A stretch of DNA of 54,292 nucleotides from a virus (taxonomy: Duplodnaviria; Caudoviricetes): IMG/VR virus record IMGVR_UViG_3300007517_000008, positions 1 to 54,292 of that record; one strand, 5' to 3'. Of this stretch, positions 8,726 through 17,311 are shown piece by piece. A model generated the notes under the pieces. It did not search any database and was not told where the DNA came from. It saw only the letters and a program-made list of their open reading frames with translations. How positions within the stretch are numbered: position 1 is the first letter of the stretch; each line of letters starts with the position of its first letter. Made by a program: the position numbers and the translations under genes.

Positions 8726-11716
8726 ATGGCTTCAAATTCTAAATCAGCAGGCGTAACTGCCAGAACTTTTAACCAAACGGGTCCAACTGCCTTGTCTCCA
8801 ATTGGCATTCCCGCTGGCGTTATTGGCACTTCAGAAAAGGGACCAGCCTTTGTGCCTGTTACGGTGCCAACGACTCAAGACTTCATCGTAAATTTTGGAA
8901 GAACCGGAGAGGGTGCCATTGATGGACCTTTGGCTGTTTCTGAGTGGTTAACATCACAACAAAGTGCAACTTTCATAAGAGTTCTTGGCATTGGCGATGG
9001 TAATCAAAGAGTTACTGCTGGAAACAATAAGGGTAGAGCAGCAAATGCAGGCTTCATTGTTGGAGAGAGACAACCACAAACGCTTCTTTCAGGCGCTCTT
9101 GGCCCAAACGTTTTTGCTGTTGCTCAATCAGGCGCAGACTTAGGTCCAGTAGGAAGAACTTATTTACTTGGTACATACATGAGTCAGTCGGCAGGTTCTA
9201 CTATCTTTACTGAAGCTGGACTTTCTGCACAAGGCGTACCTGTCCTTCGAGGAATGGTCATGGCTGCTTCTGGAGTTGTAGTTACGCTGTCGTCTTCCAT
9301 AAATGGAAACAACATAGTTCCAAGCAGAACGCTTGCAGCAGTTACAGCGAACATCAGAGGTGCAATGACTGGTGCTGTTGACCTATCTTTTGGTAAACAA
9401 GAGTTCGTTATGTTCTTAAATGGACACAGAGCGCTTGACTTGGAATATCCAAACTTTATTACTGCTAGTTTCGACCCAACGGCAGCAAACTACTTTGGAA
9501 GCGTCTTGAACAAAGATCCGTTGATGTCAGAAAAAGCCGGATATACACTTTACAGCCACTTCGACATTCATCCAGCACTTGCCGTTCCAAGCGGTTCCGG
9601 TGCATTATCAAGTGGTTTTGGAGCACTAGAAAGAATTGCATTCTTAGTCACAGGTTCGGCAACAAGAAATTCCGGTTCTACAACTTCCCCAAACTTTGAA
9701 AACTTTGAAGATAGATTCAAGCCTTCACAATCTCCTTGGGTTATTTCGCAATTGTTCGGCGGAAAGCCAGAGAATTTATTTAAAGTTTGGACAATTTCTG
9801 ATGGCGCAGGCGAAAAGGTCAAGATTTCGATCGAAAACATTTCTCCAAGTTCTTCGGAACAAAATCTTTATGGAACATTCGATCTTCTTGTAAGAGATTT
9901 GTCTGATTCGGACCGTAACAGAATGGTTCTTGAACAACACCGAGGTCTATCGCTTGACTCTGATGCTCCTAATTATATTGGAAGAGCAATTGGAAACTAT
10001 CGTCCATTTTATAACTTTGAAGCTCGCAGCGGAGAACAAAAGCTTGAAATCGAAGGCGAGTACACAAACAACTCAAGATACATCAGAGTTGAAATTGCAG
10101 ATGCACTCAAGGATAAAAATGTTGATGCAACGGCACTTCCTTTTGGATTTAGAGGAAACCAACACTTGATGACTTCTGGTTCTGCACCAATTGGTGCATA
10201 TACAGACACAGCCATTCTTGCTTCTCCAAACCCTTTCAACAGACTTGTACAGCCACCACTGCCAATGAGACAGAACTTGTCAAGAGGAGCAGTTGGTAAT
10301 ACTTCAGGAGACAGAGCACTTTTCTGGGGAGTTCAATTCGAGAAGGTTATTTCCGTATCCGAAACAAATGCGTCAACAGCTCTCAACCCGAGCCTTCTAA
10401 GTTACATGAAATATTTTCCAGCCTTCCACACGGAGTGGCAGAATGTTGTAGTTAGAGATAATCCAGATGTCTCTGATACTGTGGCAAACGGTATTATTGA
10501 TGCTGACAGATTTAACAACAACTTGTTCTCTTTGGGCAAGATTAGAGTTCCATTTTTGGCAGCTTCTAACACACCTGACATGAATTCACTTGAAAACTGG
10601 GTTTATGTTCGTGCTGGAAACATTGTTACGGGGACTCCTGTCGGTACACGTGCCTTGACCGTAGAGGACTTGAAAGATCCAACCGTACGTCAAGTTGCAA
10701 AATTCTCCTTCTTTGTTGAAGGCGGATTCGATGGTGTGCGCGTGTTCGACAAGGACACAGCACAAATTTCAAATAAGGCTGTGGTTGAAGAGTTGTTGAA
10801 CTCAAACCGTCTTTTGTCTTCTGGGCCTTCGGTTAAGTCGTATGAGCGCGCTCTTTCTGTAATTTCCGATGTCACGGAAGTAGACATTCAGTTGTTGGTA
10901 ATGCCTGGTATTCGTCACAGATACCTCACAGATCAAGCTACTGCTGTTGCCGAGACAAGATTCGACGCTCTTTACATCATGGACATTGAAGAAAGAGATA
11001 CAGCAAACACAACAATTTCTTCGGAAGATCAAATTGTTTCAGTTAGAAACACGGTCAACAACTTCAGAGCACGTGGAATTAACTCTTCCTTCGCAGCAAC
11101 ATTCTTCCAAAATCAGATTATCAGAGACAATATCGCAAATGTTGTTCGTGAAGTTCCTCCCTCTGTTGCTGTACTTGGTGCCTTCGCGAAGAATGACGCC
11201 ATTGCTCACCCTTGGTTCGCTCCAGCAGGCTTTGCAAGAGGCTCGCTTGACAATGTGCAGGAGTCGGCAGTCAAGCTCTCCAGAGAGAACATGGATGACC
11301 TTTATGCAGTTGGAATTAACCCAATCATCGGATTTCCAGGTTCGGATGGAACGGTTGTTTGGGGTCAGAAGACACTATTGGCAACACCAAGTTCGCTTGA
11401 AAGAATTAACGTTCGTCGCCTTCTATTGACGCTTCGTCGTCAAATTAGAAAAGTTGCAAACAGATTCTTGTTTGAACCAAACAGAGCAACAACCCTTGCT
11501 AGATTCTCTCAATTGTGTAACCCAATTCTTAAGAGAATTCAAGATCAAAAGGGTGTTTCGCAATACCTTGTCAAGATTGACACAACAACCACAACTGAGG
11601 TTGATATCCAAAACAAGACCATTCGCGGAAAAATTCTTATTGTTCCAGTGAGAAGCCTTGAGTTCCTTGAACTTAACTTCACGCTAGCAAATAATGGTAA
11701 CTTCAACATCGCCTGA
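8726..11716 (+). CDS. Contractile tail sheath protein 2 (paralog)
   Basis: 'GVIGTSEKGPAFVP', 'PWFAPAGFARG', 'GINPI', 'VWGQKTL', 'RINVRRLL', 'FEPN', 'PVRSLEFLELNF'. Confidence 0.93.
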   Translation: MASNSKSAGVTARTFNQTGPTALSPIGIPAGVIGTSEKGPAFVPVTVPTTQDFIVNFGRTGEGAIDGPLAVSEWLTSQQSATFIRVLGIGDGNQRVTAGNNKGRAANAGFIVGERQPQTLLSGALGPNVFAVAQSGADLGPVGRTYLLGTYMSQSAGSTIFTEAGLSAQGVPVLRGMVMAASGVVVTLSSSINGNNIVPSRTLAAVTANIRGAMTGAVDLSFGKQEFVMFLNGHRALDLEYPNFITASFDPTAANYFGSVLNKDPLMSEKAGYTLYSHFDIHPALAVPSGSGALSSGFGALERIAFLVTGSATRNSGSTTSPNFENFEDRFKPSQSPWVISQLFGGKPENLFKVWTISDGAGEKVKISIENISPSSSEQNLYGTFDLLVRDLSDSDRNRMVLEQHRGLSLDSDAPNYIGRAIGNYRPFYNFEARSGEQKLEIEGEYTNNSRYIRVEIADALKDKNVDATALPFGFRGNQHLMTSGSAPIGAYTDTAILASPNPFNRLVQPPLPMRQNLSRGAVGNTSGDRALFWGVQFEKVISVSETNASTALNPSLLSYMKYFPAFHTEWQNVVVRDNPDVSDTVANGIIDADRFNNNLFSLGKIRVPFLAASNTPDMNSLENWVYVRAGNIVTGTPVGTRALTVEDLKDPTVRQVAKFSFFVEGGFDGVRVFDKDTAQISNKAVVEELLNSNRLLSSGPSVKSYERALSVISDVTEVDIQLLVMPGIRHRYLTDQATAVAETRFDALYIMDIEERDTANTTISSEDQIVSVRNTVNNFRARGINSSFAATFFQNQIIRDNIANVVREVPPSVAVLGAFAKNDAIAHPWFAPAGFARGSLDNVQESAVKLSRENMDDLYAVGINPIIGFPGSDGTVVWGQKTLLATPSSLERINVRRLLLTLRRQIRKVANRFLFEPNRATTLARFSQLCNPILKRIQDQKGVSQYLVKIDTTTTTEVDIQNKTIRGKILIVPVRSLEFLELNFTLANNGNFNIA

Positions 11717-11743
11717 GAGTAAAGAGTAATTTAGGAATTAATC

Positions 11744-12823
11744 ATGAATAAACTTGATGTAAAAAAAATAATCAAAGAAGAGGTCAAAAAGTCTCTGCTT
11801 GAAAACAGAGAAGCTAAGAAGGTTATTTTAGAAAGCCGCCTTCTTATTATTAATGAAATGATTTCTCTTTCGGAAGCGGATTTCATTAACCGAGCAAAAC
11901 AATGGCTTAAGTCAAAGGCTTTCGGTGCCGAACAAGGCGTAAGAGACACGGTTAAAAATAGCGTAATGGTTAATCCGGAAAAGATTGTTTCCGATCCTAA
12001 TTCTGTACAGAAAATTCTTGACACAGCAATCAAAAATGCACAGTCACAAATTACCAAATTTAGGTCACAAACGCTACAAACATCAACAAGCATCAACAAT
12101 CTTCAAGACAATATTTTTGACCTTTTTGGAAAGTTTTTCAATCTTCTTGATTCAATTCCACAAGAAAAACGTGGACAGTATGAAAGAGAAGTCATGAAAG
12201 TTGTTTCTGTATTTTACAATCTCTTGATGGAAGAAAAGAAGAGAATTGAAGTTTACATTTCTGCTCTTGCGAGAGAAGCATCAACTCAGGGTTATAACAT
12301 GGGTTCTTCGTCTCCTGAAATGTCCTCATATTCAGGTGCCAAAATTTCCCCAACTACCCAAGCTACTCAAGGAAAAGCAGCCGTTGGCGGATCTGCTTTA
12401 ATCCCACAAGGAGTGCGTGAATCTTTGGATGTAAAAAAAAAAGTAATTGTGCCAAGACCTCAAATGTCTATGTCGTCAAATGAAGAGGAAGCTTCGTCGC
12501 CTGTAGATTTAAGTGACCTAGAAAGGCCACTTGAATCACTTATGCACAAAAACAAAATACCTTGGTTTTCCATGGGCACAAGGTCATCAGGCGATCAACA
12601 AATACTTATTATTAAAATGTCATTGGATAATAAGTCAAATTGGCTTGACGGTATTCTGCACAATTCTCGATGGGCTCAAGCAAGCATTGAGTTGCATAAA
12701 GGTGTTTATACAGTAGAGCAAAGATATGGAACAATAAAGCCAATATTACGTTCTGCTAAAGTATTAACTCCAGAGGCAGCTTTTGGAAAGTTTGAGAAAT
12801 GGCTTTCACAGGTTCAAGTTTAA
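11744..12823 (+). CDS. Hypothetical protein with acidic N-terminal leader, possible internal head protein
   Basis: 359 aa with RBS AGGA. Starts MNKLDVKKIIKEEVKKSLLE and has an internal A10 run at 12433-12442. Confidence 0.75.
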   Translation: MNKLDVKKIIKEEVKKSLLENREAKKVILESRLLIINEMISLSEADFINRAKQWLKSKAFGAEQGVRDTVKNSVMVNPEKIVSDPNSVQKILDTAIKNAQSQITKFRSQTLQTSTSINNLQDNIFDLFGKFFNLLDSIPQEKRGQYEREVMKVVSVFYNLLMEEKKRIEVYISALAREASTQGYNMGSSSPEMSSYSGAKISPTTQATQGKAAVGGSALIPQGVRESLDVKKKVIVPRPQMSMSSNEEEASSPVDLSDLERPLESLMHKNKIPWFSMGTRSSGDQQILIIKMSLDNKSNWLDGILHNSRWAQASIELHKGVYTVEQRYGTIKPILRSAKVLTPEAAFGKFEKWLSQVQV

Positions 12824-13123
12824 GGTATAAAAGGATTATAAAATGACTACGAAAAAAATTGGAATTGATGAATTGAGAGCGATTATCAAAGAAGCAATCG
12901 CTGACCACAAAGAGAAAAAAGAGTCTGCTTCCGACAAGAGAATCAAGACTACAAAAGACAAAGAAAAATCAAAAGAGAAAAAGTCTGAAAAGCTTTCTGA
13001 GATTCAACTTCGTAATTTGGTAAAAGAATCTATTTCGAAACAGATTTCTGAAATGATGGCTAGTGACACGGCTAAACCAAAAGTAGTTGTGCCAAGACCT
13101 CAAATGTCTATGTCATCAGATGA
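12441..13123 (+). repeat. Dispersed direct repeat, 12441-12483 and 13081-13123
   Basis: 40/43 nt identical with a perfect 28-nt core TTGTGCCAAGACCTCAAATGTCTATGTC. Encodes KV(I/V)VPRPQMSMSS in two adjacent genes. Confidence 0.9.
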
Positions 13124-13577
13124 CGAAGTTTCCTCACCTTCTTCTTCGATGCCAAAGGAAGGCGATAAAGTTCAACTAGCTTCTGGAAAAGAAGCTTATG
13201 TCGCCAAAGTTTCTGGAGACATGGTTTTCGTGACCATTGACGGAATCAAGATGGTCGCAGTTCCAATGGACTATGTGAATGTTATTGCTGATGACCCATC
13301 TAGTGAATTCAATGCCGTTAAGGCGCCAGATGAGTCCGAAGACGAACGCGCAGGTACTTTGGATAAATACCTTGATAGACCTTTCCTTAACAAAGACACA
13401 AGAAACTCGCTTGAAAAGGAAAGAGGCGAAATTCAAAGTCGCAGAACTGCTGGACCTATGGCTGCTGCCGCTGCCAGAGAAGAAGAAGAGGCTGCAAGAT
13501 CTGGTCGTATTGCCAAAGTTAAAGTTGACGGACTTACAGAATCCAAGAAGAAGTTGGCAGCTAAGAGAAGAAAATAA
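12843..13577 (+). CDS. Hypothetical charged protein with two leader motifs and an SH3/KOW-like segment
   Basis: Leaders ELRAIIKEAI and QLRNLVKESI. 'KEGDKVQL...AYVAKVSGDMVFV' looks like a small beta-barrel. Confidence 0.75.
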   Translation: MTTKKIGIDELRAIIKEAIADHKEKKESASDKRIKTTKDKEKSKEKKSEKLSEIQLRNLVKESISKQISEMMASDTAKPKVVVPRPQMSMSSDDEVSSPSSSMPKEGDKVQLASGKEAYVAKVSGDMVFVTIDGIKMVAVPMDYVNVIADDPSSEFNAVKAPDESEDERAGTLDKYLDRPFLNKDTRNSLEKERGEIQSRRTAGPMAAAAAREEEEAARSGRIAKVKVDGLTESKKKLAAKRRK

Positions 13578-13670
13578 TTTTTTCTCACACGAACCATACA
13601 AAATATGGAAAAACTGCTGGCGGGTTTATTTGGAAAGCAATACTTACTAACTTAGGAGAATAATATTATC

Positions 13671-14159
13671 ATGGCTACAACTTTAGATGTTACTGAGATG
13701 CTACCAACAAAGTTTCAAACTATTGGAAAGCGTCACTTCCTTTTGGCAATCGAAGGAATAGATTCCTTCCTTGTAAAAACCGGAGCCCGCCCAAGCATTT
13801 CTACTGAAGAAGTGGCAATCAACTGGATTAACTCCACGAGATATATTGCTGGCAAAACAACTTTTGGCACAATGGAGGTAACCCTTCATGACGCTATCGC
13901 ACCTTCTGGGGCACAACAGGTTATGGAATGGATTCGACTTTGCTTTGAGTCGGTGACCGGACGTTCGGGTTACGCAGACTTCTACAAAAGAGATATCCAG
14001 ATTAAAATGCTTGATCCAGTAGGAACGGTCATTCAGTTGTGGGACATCAAGGGAGCTTTTGTCACAGAAGCTAACTTTAATGAAGTCACATACGAAGGGT
14101 CAGATCAAACGGAAATTTCTTTGACGATTCGATACGACAACGCTGTACTTGTCTACTGA
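13671..14159 (+). CDS. Tail tube protein (T4 gp19-like)
   Basis: 162 aa, 'YIAGKTTFGTMEVTLHD...VMEW...YKRDIQIKMLDPVG...WDIKGAF...ISLTIRYD'. RBS AGGAG. Confidence 0.92.
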   Translation: MATTLDVTEMLPTKFQTIGKRHFLLAIEGIDSFLVKTGARPSISTEEVAINWINSTRYIAGKTTFGTMEVTLHDAIAPSGAQQVMEWIRLCFESVTGRSGYADFYKRDIQIKMLDPVGTVIQLWDIKGAFVTEANFNEVTYEGSDQTEISLTIRYDNAVLVY

Positions 14160-14196
14160 TTTTTTTTCTTTCTCTCTCCTAAACAAACATAGAAAC

Positions 14197-14227
14197 GCTT
14201 TGGAAGAATGTCTTCCAAAGCTTTTTT
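14197..14227 (+). terminator. Intrinsic terminator after the tail tube gene
   Basis: 11-bp stem GCTTTGGAAGA-ATG-TCTTCCAAAGC followed by T6. Confidence 0.8.
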
Positions 14228-14261
14228 GTTTTCTTTTTATGGTCAACATCTATTTAGTTAA

Positions 14262-14762
14262 ATGAAAACATTTAAAGAAATTGTTAGAAGAGTCCTTTCC
14301 TTTCACCTATATTTTGGAGCATTACTTGCGGTAGTAATTCATGCCTTGTGGGGACGTAAGAGTTGGTGGGTTGATGGTGTTTTTGTAACCGAATTGCATC
14401 CTGACTCCTGGCCAATGAGAACTTGGTATAAACCTTGGGGCGGAACCTGTTTTGGTTATGGAATTATGTTAGCGCCAGAAATGCCAACATACACACTTAT
14501 GCACGAACTTGTCCACACGAAGCAACTTGAGTCTGCTTCGGCAGGAGGTTTTCTTCTAGGTTTAATCTGTTCTGTTGTTACGCTTAATGTTCTTCCGCTA
14601 GTTGTTTGCTGGCTCATGACTGGCGTGCTAGTATATGCTGGAGGTTCCCTCATCTCGTTCTTTAGAGGTGAATCAAACGCGTACAGATACAACCACCTTG
14701 AAGAAGCTGCAAGAGCAGTTGGCGAACAAATGGACGCAGCGGCGATTGCTAACTCAAAGTAA
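14262..14762 (+). CDS. Membrane-associated protein with HExxH zincin-like motif
   Basis: HELVH plus downstream 'NHLEEAA'. Hydrophobic stretches at the N-terminus and between the motifs. Confidence 0.65.
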   Translation: MKTFKEIVRRVLSFHLYFGALLAVVIHALWGRKSWWVDGVFVTELHPDSWPMRTWYKPWGGTCFGYGIMLAPEMPTYTLMHELVHTKQLESASAGGFLLGLICSVVTLNVLPLVVCWLMTGVLVYAGGSLISFFRGESNAYRYNHLEEAARAVGEQMDAAAIANSK

Positions 14763-14798
14763 TATAGATAAATGTAATTTTTACTATATTTAAAACTT

Positions 14799-15155
14799 GT
14801 GAATGAAAAATATCTAAAAGAATACATCTTGTCTTTAATCGAAGAACATTTGAAAGAAAATCTTTCTCCGCATGGTTATCTTTCGAAAACAAATCGTCCG
14901 CTAGGTACTCAATCTTGGGATCCACAGAAACAAAAAGATTTTGCTACTCAAAGAGCGATTGACATGTACACTAAAAAAGAACCTGCTGTCAACCCAGATC
15001 CGGAAAAGCAGGCATACATTGATCAGCTACGTAAAAATCGTCAAGAAGAATATGCTGTTCAAGATGAACATAACAAAGATGTAAAGACAAGAGTCGTTCA
15101 ACAACCAGGTCAGGCGCAGAAGCAACAAGTGCAGACAGTTGTTCCGCAAAAATAA
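14799..15155 (+). CDS. Hypothetical protein with acidic N-terminal leader
   Basis: GTG start. MNEKYLKEYILSLIEEHLKE shares LKEYI with the kinase leaders. Confidence 0.7.
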   Translation: MNEKYLKEYILSLIEEHLKENLSPHGYLSKTNRPLGTQSWDPQKQKDFATQRAIDMYTKKEPAVNPDPEKQAYIDQLRKNRQEEYAVQDEHNKDVKTRVVQQPGQAQKQQVQTVVPQK

Positions 15156-15179
15156 AGCTTAAAAGGGAAGTGTGTCCAA

Positions 15180-15509
15180 GTGAATATTACAAAAGAAGCT
15201 CTACAAAAACTTATAACAGAATGCGTTGACCAAAAGATTAATGAAATGGCAGACGACATGCCGCTTGACCTTCGCTCTGTTGGCGTTCGTTGGGACAATA
15301 TGAAATATCTTGCTGGCAAAGGGAAACTTACAGGCAAGTGGGCTGTTATTATGAAGGCTTATATTGACTGTGGAGAAGACGAAGATAGAACTCTGGCAAT
15401 TCTAAAGGCTGCGGCAGCTACACTGGAAGCTAATAAAACCAGGAAGCCACAAAAGCCACCGGAGACTATGGCGTCACAAGCAGAACTCACAGACTTTTCA
15501 AAGTTTTAA
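15180..15509 (+). CDS. Hypothetical protein with acidic N-terminal leader
   Basis: GTG start, MNITKEALQKLITECVDQKINE. Confidence 0.7.
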   Translation: MNITKEALQKLITECVDQKINEMADDMPLDLRSVGVRWDNMKYLAGKGKLTGKWAVIMKAYIDCGEDEDRTLAILKAAAATLEANKTRKPQKPPETMASQAELTDFSKF

Positions 15510-15532
15510 TAAATTTCAATACAAACATATTT

Positions 15533-15577
15533 ACTCCCAGAAGACTTGCTTTATAAAGAAGTCACTCTTCTGGGAGT
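15533..15577 (+). promoter_or_regulatory. Hairpin covering the RBS of the hub/chaperone gene
   Basis: Perfect 12-bp inverted repeat ACTCCCAGAAGA / TCTTCTGGGAGT. The right arm contains GGGAG just upstream of ATG 15585. Confidence 0.6.
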
Positions 15578-15584
15578 TTAATTT

Positions 15585-16475
15585 ATGAACGAAAATGAGT
15601 CGAGAGATATAAAAAATGCTATCTTTGCAGCAAAGGAAGCAGCAGCGGCACGTGCAGCCAGTGGTGGTGCACCAACGATGTCAAAAGAAGAACATTTTAA
15701 GAAGAGTTTTGGGCTTGATATTCCAGTATCAGAAGTTCCACTTCCTTCGCTTGGGCTAATTTATCCACTTGATCATCCATTAAACAATCAGAAAGTTGTG
15801 GATATTAGAGGAATGACGACAAGAGAAGAAGATATTTTAATGTCCAAGGCTCTTATCCGTAAGGGTACAGTCATTACTGAATTAATCAAGTCGTGCATGG
15901 TTACACCAAACGTAGATGTTCAGTCCCTTATTGGTGGCGACAGAAATGCACTCATGGTTTCTGTTAGAATTCTTGGTTATGGCTCCCTTTACGAAGGCGA
16001 AGCTGTGTGTCCAAGTTGTGGTCACAAGAATACAATCGCGGTTGAGTTAAATGCTCTTGACATTAAAGAGCTTGAAGTCGAACCAGTTATGCCTAACGAA
16101 AACAGATTTGCCTTCTTTCTTCCAAGGTCGGGGAAAAATATTGAATTCAAATTTATTACAGGTCGTGAGGAAGAAGAAATGCTTGCAGCTATGGAAATGC
16201 GCAAAAAGAAGGGCATTAGCGTAGACAGCGTAATCACTACACGTCTTCAGTATTCTATTATTTCCGTTGAAGGAGCTACAGACAAAGCTACAATCAATAA
16301 TTTCATATCATTTATGCCAGCAATGGATTCTGCTGCCCTTAGAAGTTATATGGATAAGGTTGAACCAGGCGTTGACATGAAGTTTGATTTTACCTGCAAA
16401 GAGTGTAATCACTATGAGGAGATGCCCCTTCCTTTGGGGCCTACGTTTTTTTGGCCTAACGCCAGAAAATCGTGA
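15585..16475 (+). CDS. Baseplate hub assembly / tail assembly chaperone (T4 gp26-like)
   Basis: 'VPLPSLGLIY...MTTREEDIL...GDRNALMVSVRILGYG...CPSCG...CKEC...FFWP'. Lies between the tube and tape measure genes. Confidence 0.8.
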   Translation: MNENESRDIKNAIFAAKEAAAARAASGGAPTMSKEEHFKKSFGLDIPVSEVPLPSLGLIYPLDHPLNNQKVVDIRGMTTREEDILMSKALIRKGTVITELIKSCMVTPNVDVQSLIGGDRNALMVSVRILGYGSLYEGEAVCPSCGHKNTIAVELNALDIKELEVEPVMPNENRFAFFLPRSGKNIEFKFITGREEEEMLAAMEMRKKKGISVDSVITTRLQYSIISVEGATDKATINNFISFMPAMDSAALRSYMDKVEPGVDMKFDFTCKECNHYEEMPLPLGPTFFWPNARKS

Positions 16476-16725
16476 ACAACTCATCTATGAACCTTTCTTT
16501 GCTTTAAATGTACATGCTGGGTGGTCTTGGGAACAGTTTTACAACTTTCCCATTGTTGCCCGCAGGTGGTTTATAAAACGACTCAATGAAGAATTCCAAA
16601 AGGCTCAAGAAGAAGGAAGAGCACCGCCATCACAGGCAGCAGCGTACAACTCCCCGGAACATAGAGCCCTAACGGGAAAATCCAGAAGTCACGTACCCGT
16701 AAATCAAAGAGGAAAATTATTTTAA
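16447..16725 (+). CDS. gp51-like chaperone extension, probably reached by frameshift from the upstream gene
   Basis: The +1 frame reads FFGLTPENREQLIYEPFFAL...GWSWEQFYNFPIVARRWFIKRL. It overlaps the upstream end at a T7 run (16446-16452), and no ATG follows the run. Confidence 0.65.
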   Translation, partial: FFGLTPENREQLIYEPFFALNVHAGWSWEQFYNFPIVARRWFIKRLNEEFQKAQEEGRAPPSQAAAYNSPEHRALTGKSRSHVPVNQRGKLF

Positions 16726-17276
16726 CTAAGTAATCCCAAAGCATCTAAGGCAAGGTAAGCAGCATCAAAACCTCTTACCTTGCCTTTTTTCATTAACTCT
16801 CTAAATTCTGTCAAAGGCACAAGAACCACTTCTAAAAATTCATTTGGGTCAAGGTTAAGTTCTTTTTGAATTTCACACTCTGTTGCAAGAAAAGAATATC
16901 TTCTACCTGTCGAATATGGATTATATGGGAAAGATGCTAGAAAAATAACGTCTCCGTGAACGTGTGCCCCGGTCTCTTCTTGAAGTTCACGTCCAGCAGC
17001 TAGGTTAGGATCTTCTCCCTCCTCAAGACCACCGCCAGGAAGTTCTAATTCAAGTTCCTCAGTACCAGCCCTAAACTGTTTCACGCAAATAACTTCTTGT
17101 GTCCTTGTTAGAGCAAATATCTGAACACTGTCTTTTGCATGGTCAATGAAAAAGTTTTCTGTCATTCCATTTGGAAGAGTGAAAGTCTTAAGAATAATTC
17201 TTTTGTCATACCCAGATTCTTTATCGACAATCTTAAACTTCTTCTCTTTAATTTTTTTAAAATGAAGATCCATCAT
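16722..17276 (-). CDS. NUDIX hydrolase, ADP-ribose pyrophosphatase (NudF)-like
   Basis: Nudix box GGLEEGEDPNLAAGRELQEETG, upstream 'VKQFR...LELPGG', downstream 'LDPNEFLEV'. Confidence 0.88.
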   Translation of the reverse strand: MMDLHFKKIKEKKFKIVDKESGYDKRIILKTFTLPNGMTENFFIDHAKDSVQIFALTRTQEVICVKQFRAGTEELELELPGGGLEEGEDPNLAAGRELQEETGAHVHGDVIFLASFPYNPYSTGRRYSFLATECEIQKELNLDPNEFLEVVLVPLTEFRELMKKGKVRGFDAAYLALDALGLLS

Positions 17277-17311
17277 TAATATCTTTCGCTCTGTAAATTA
17301 GAAATCACAAA

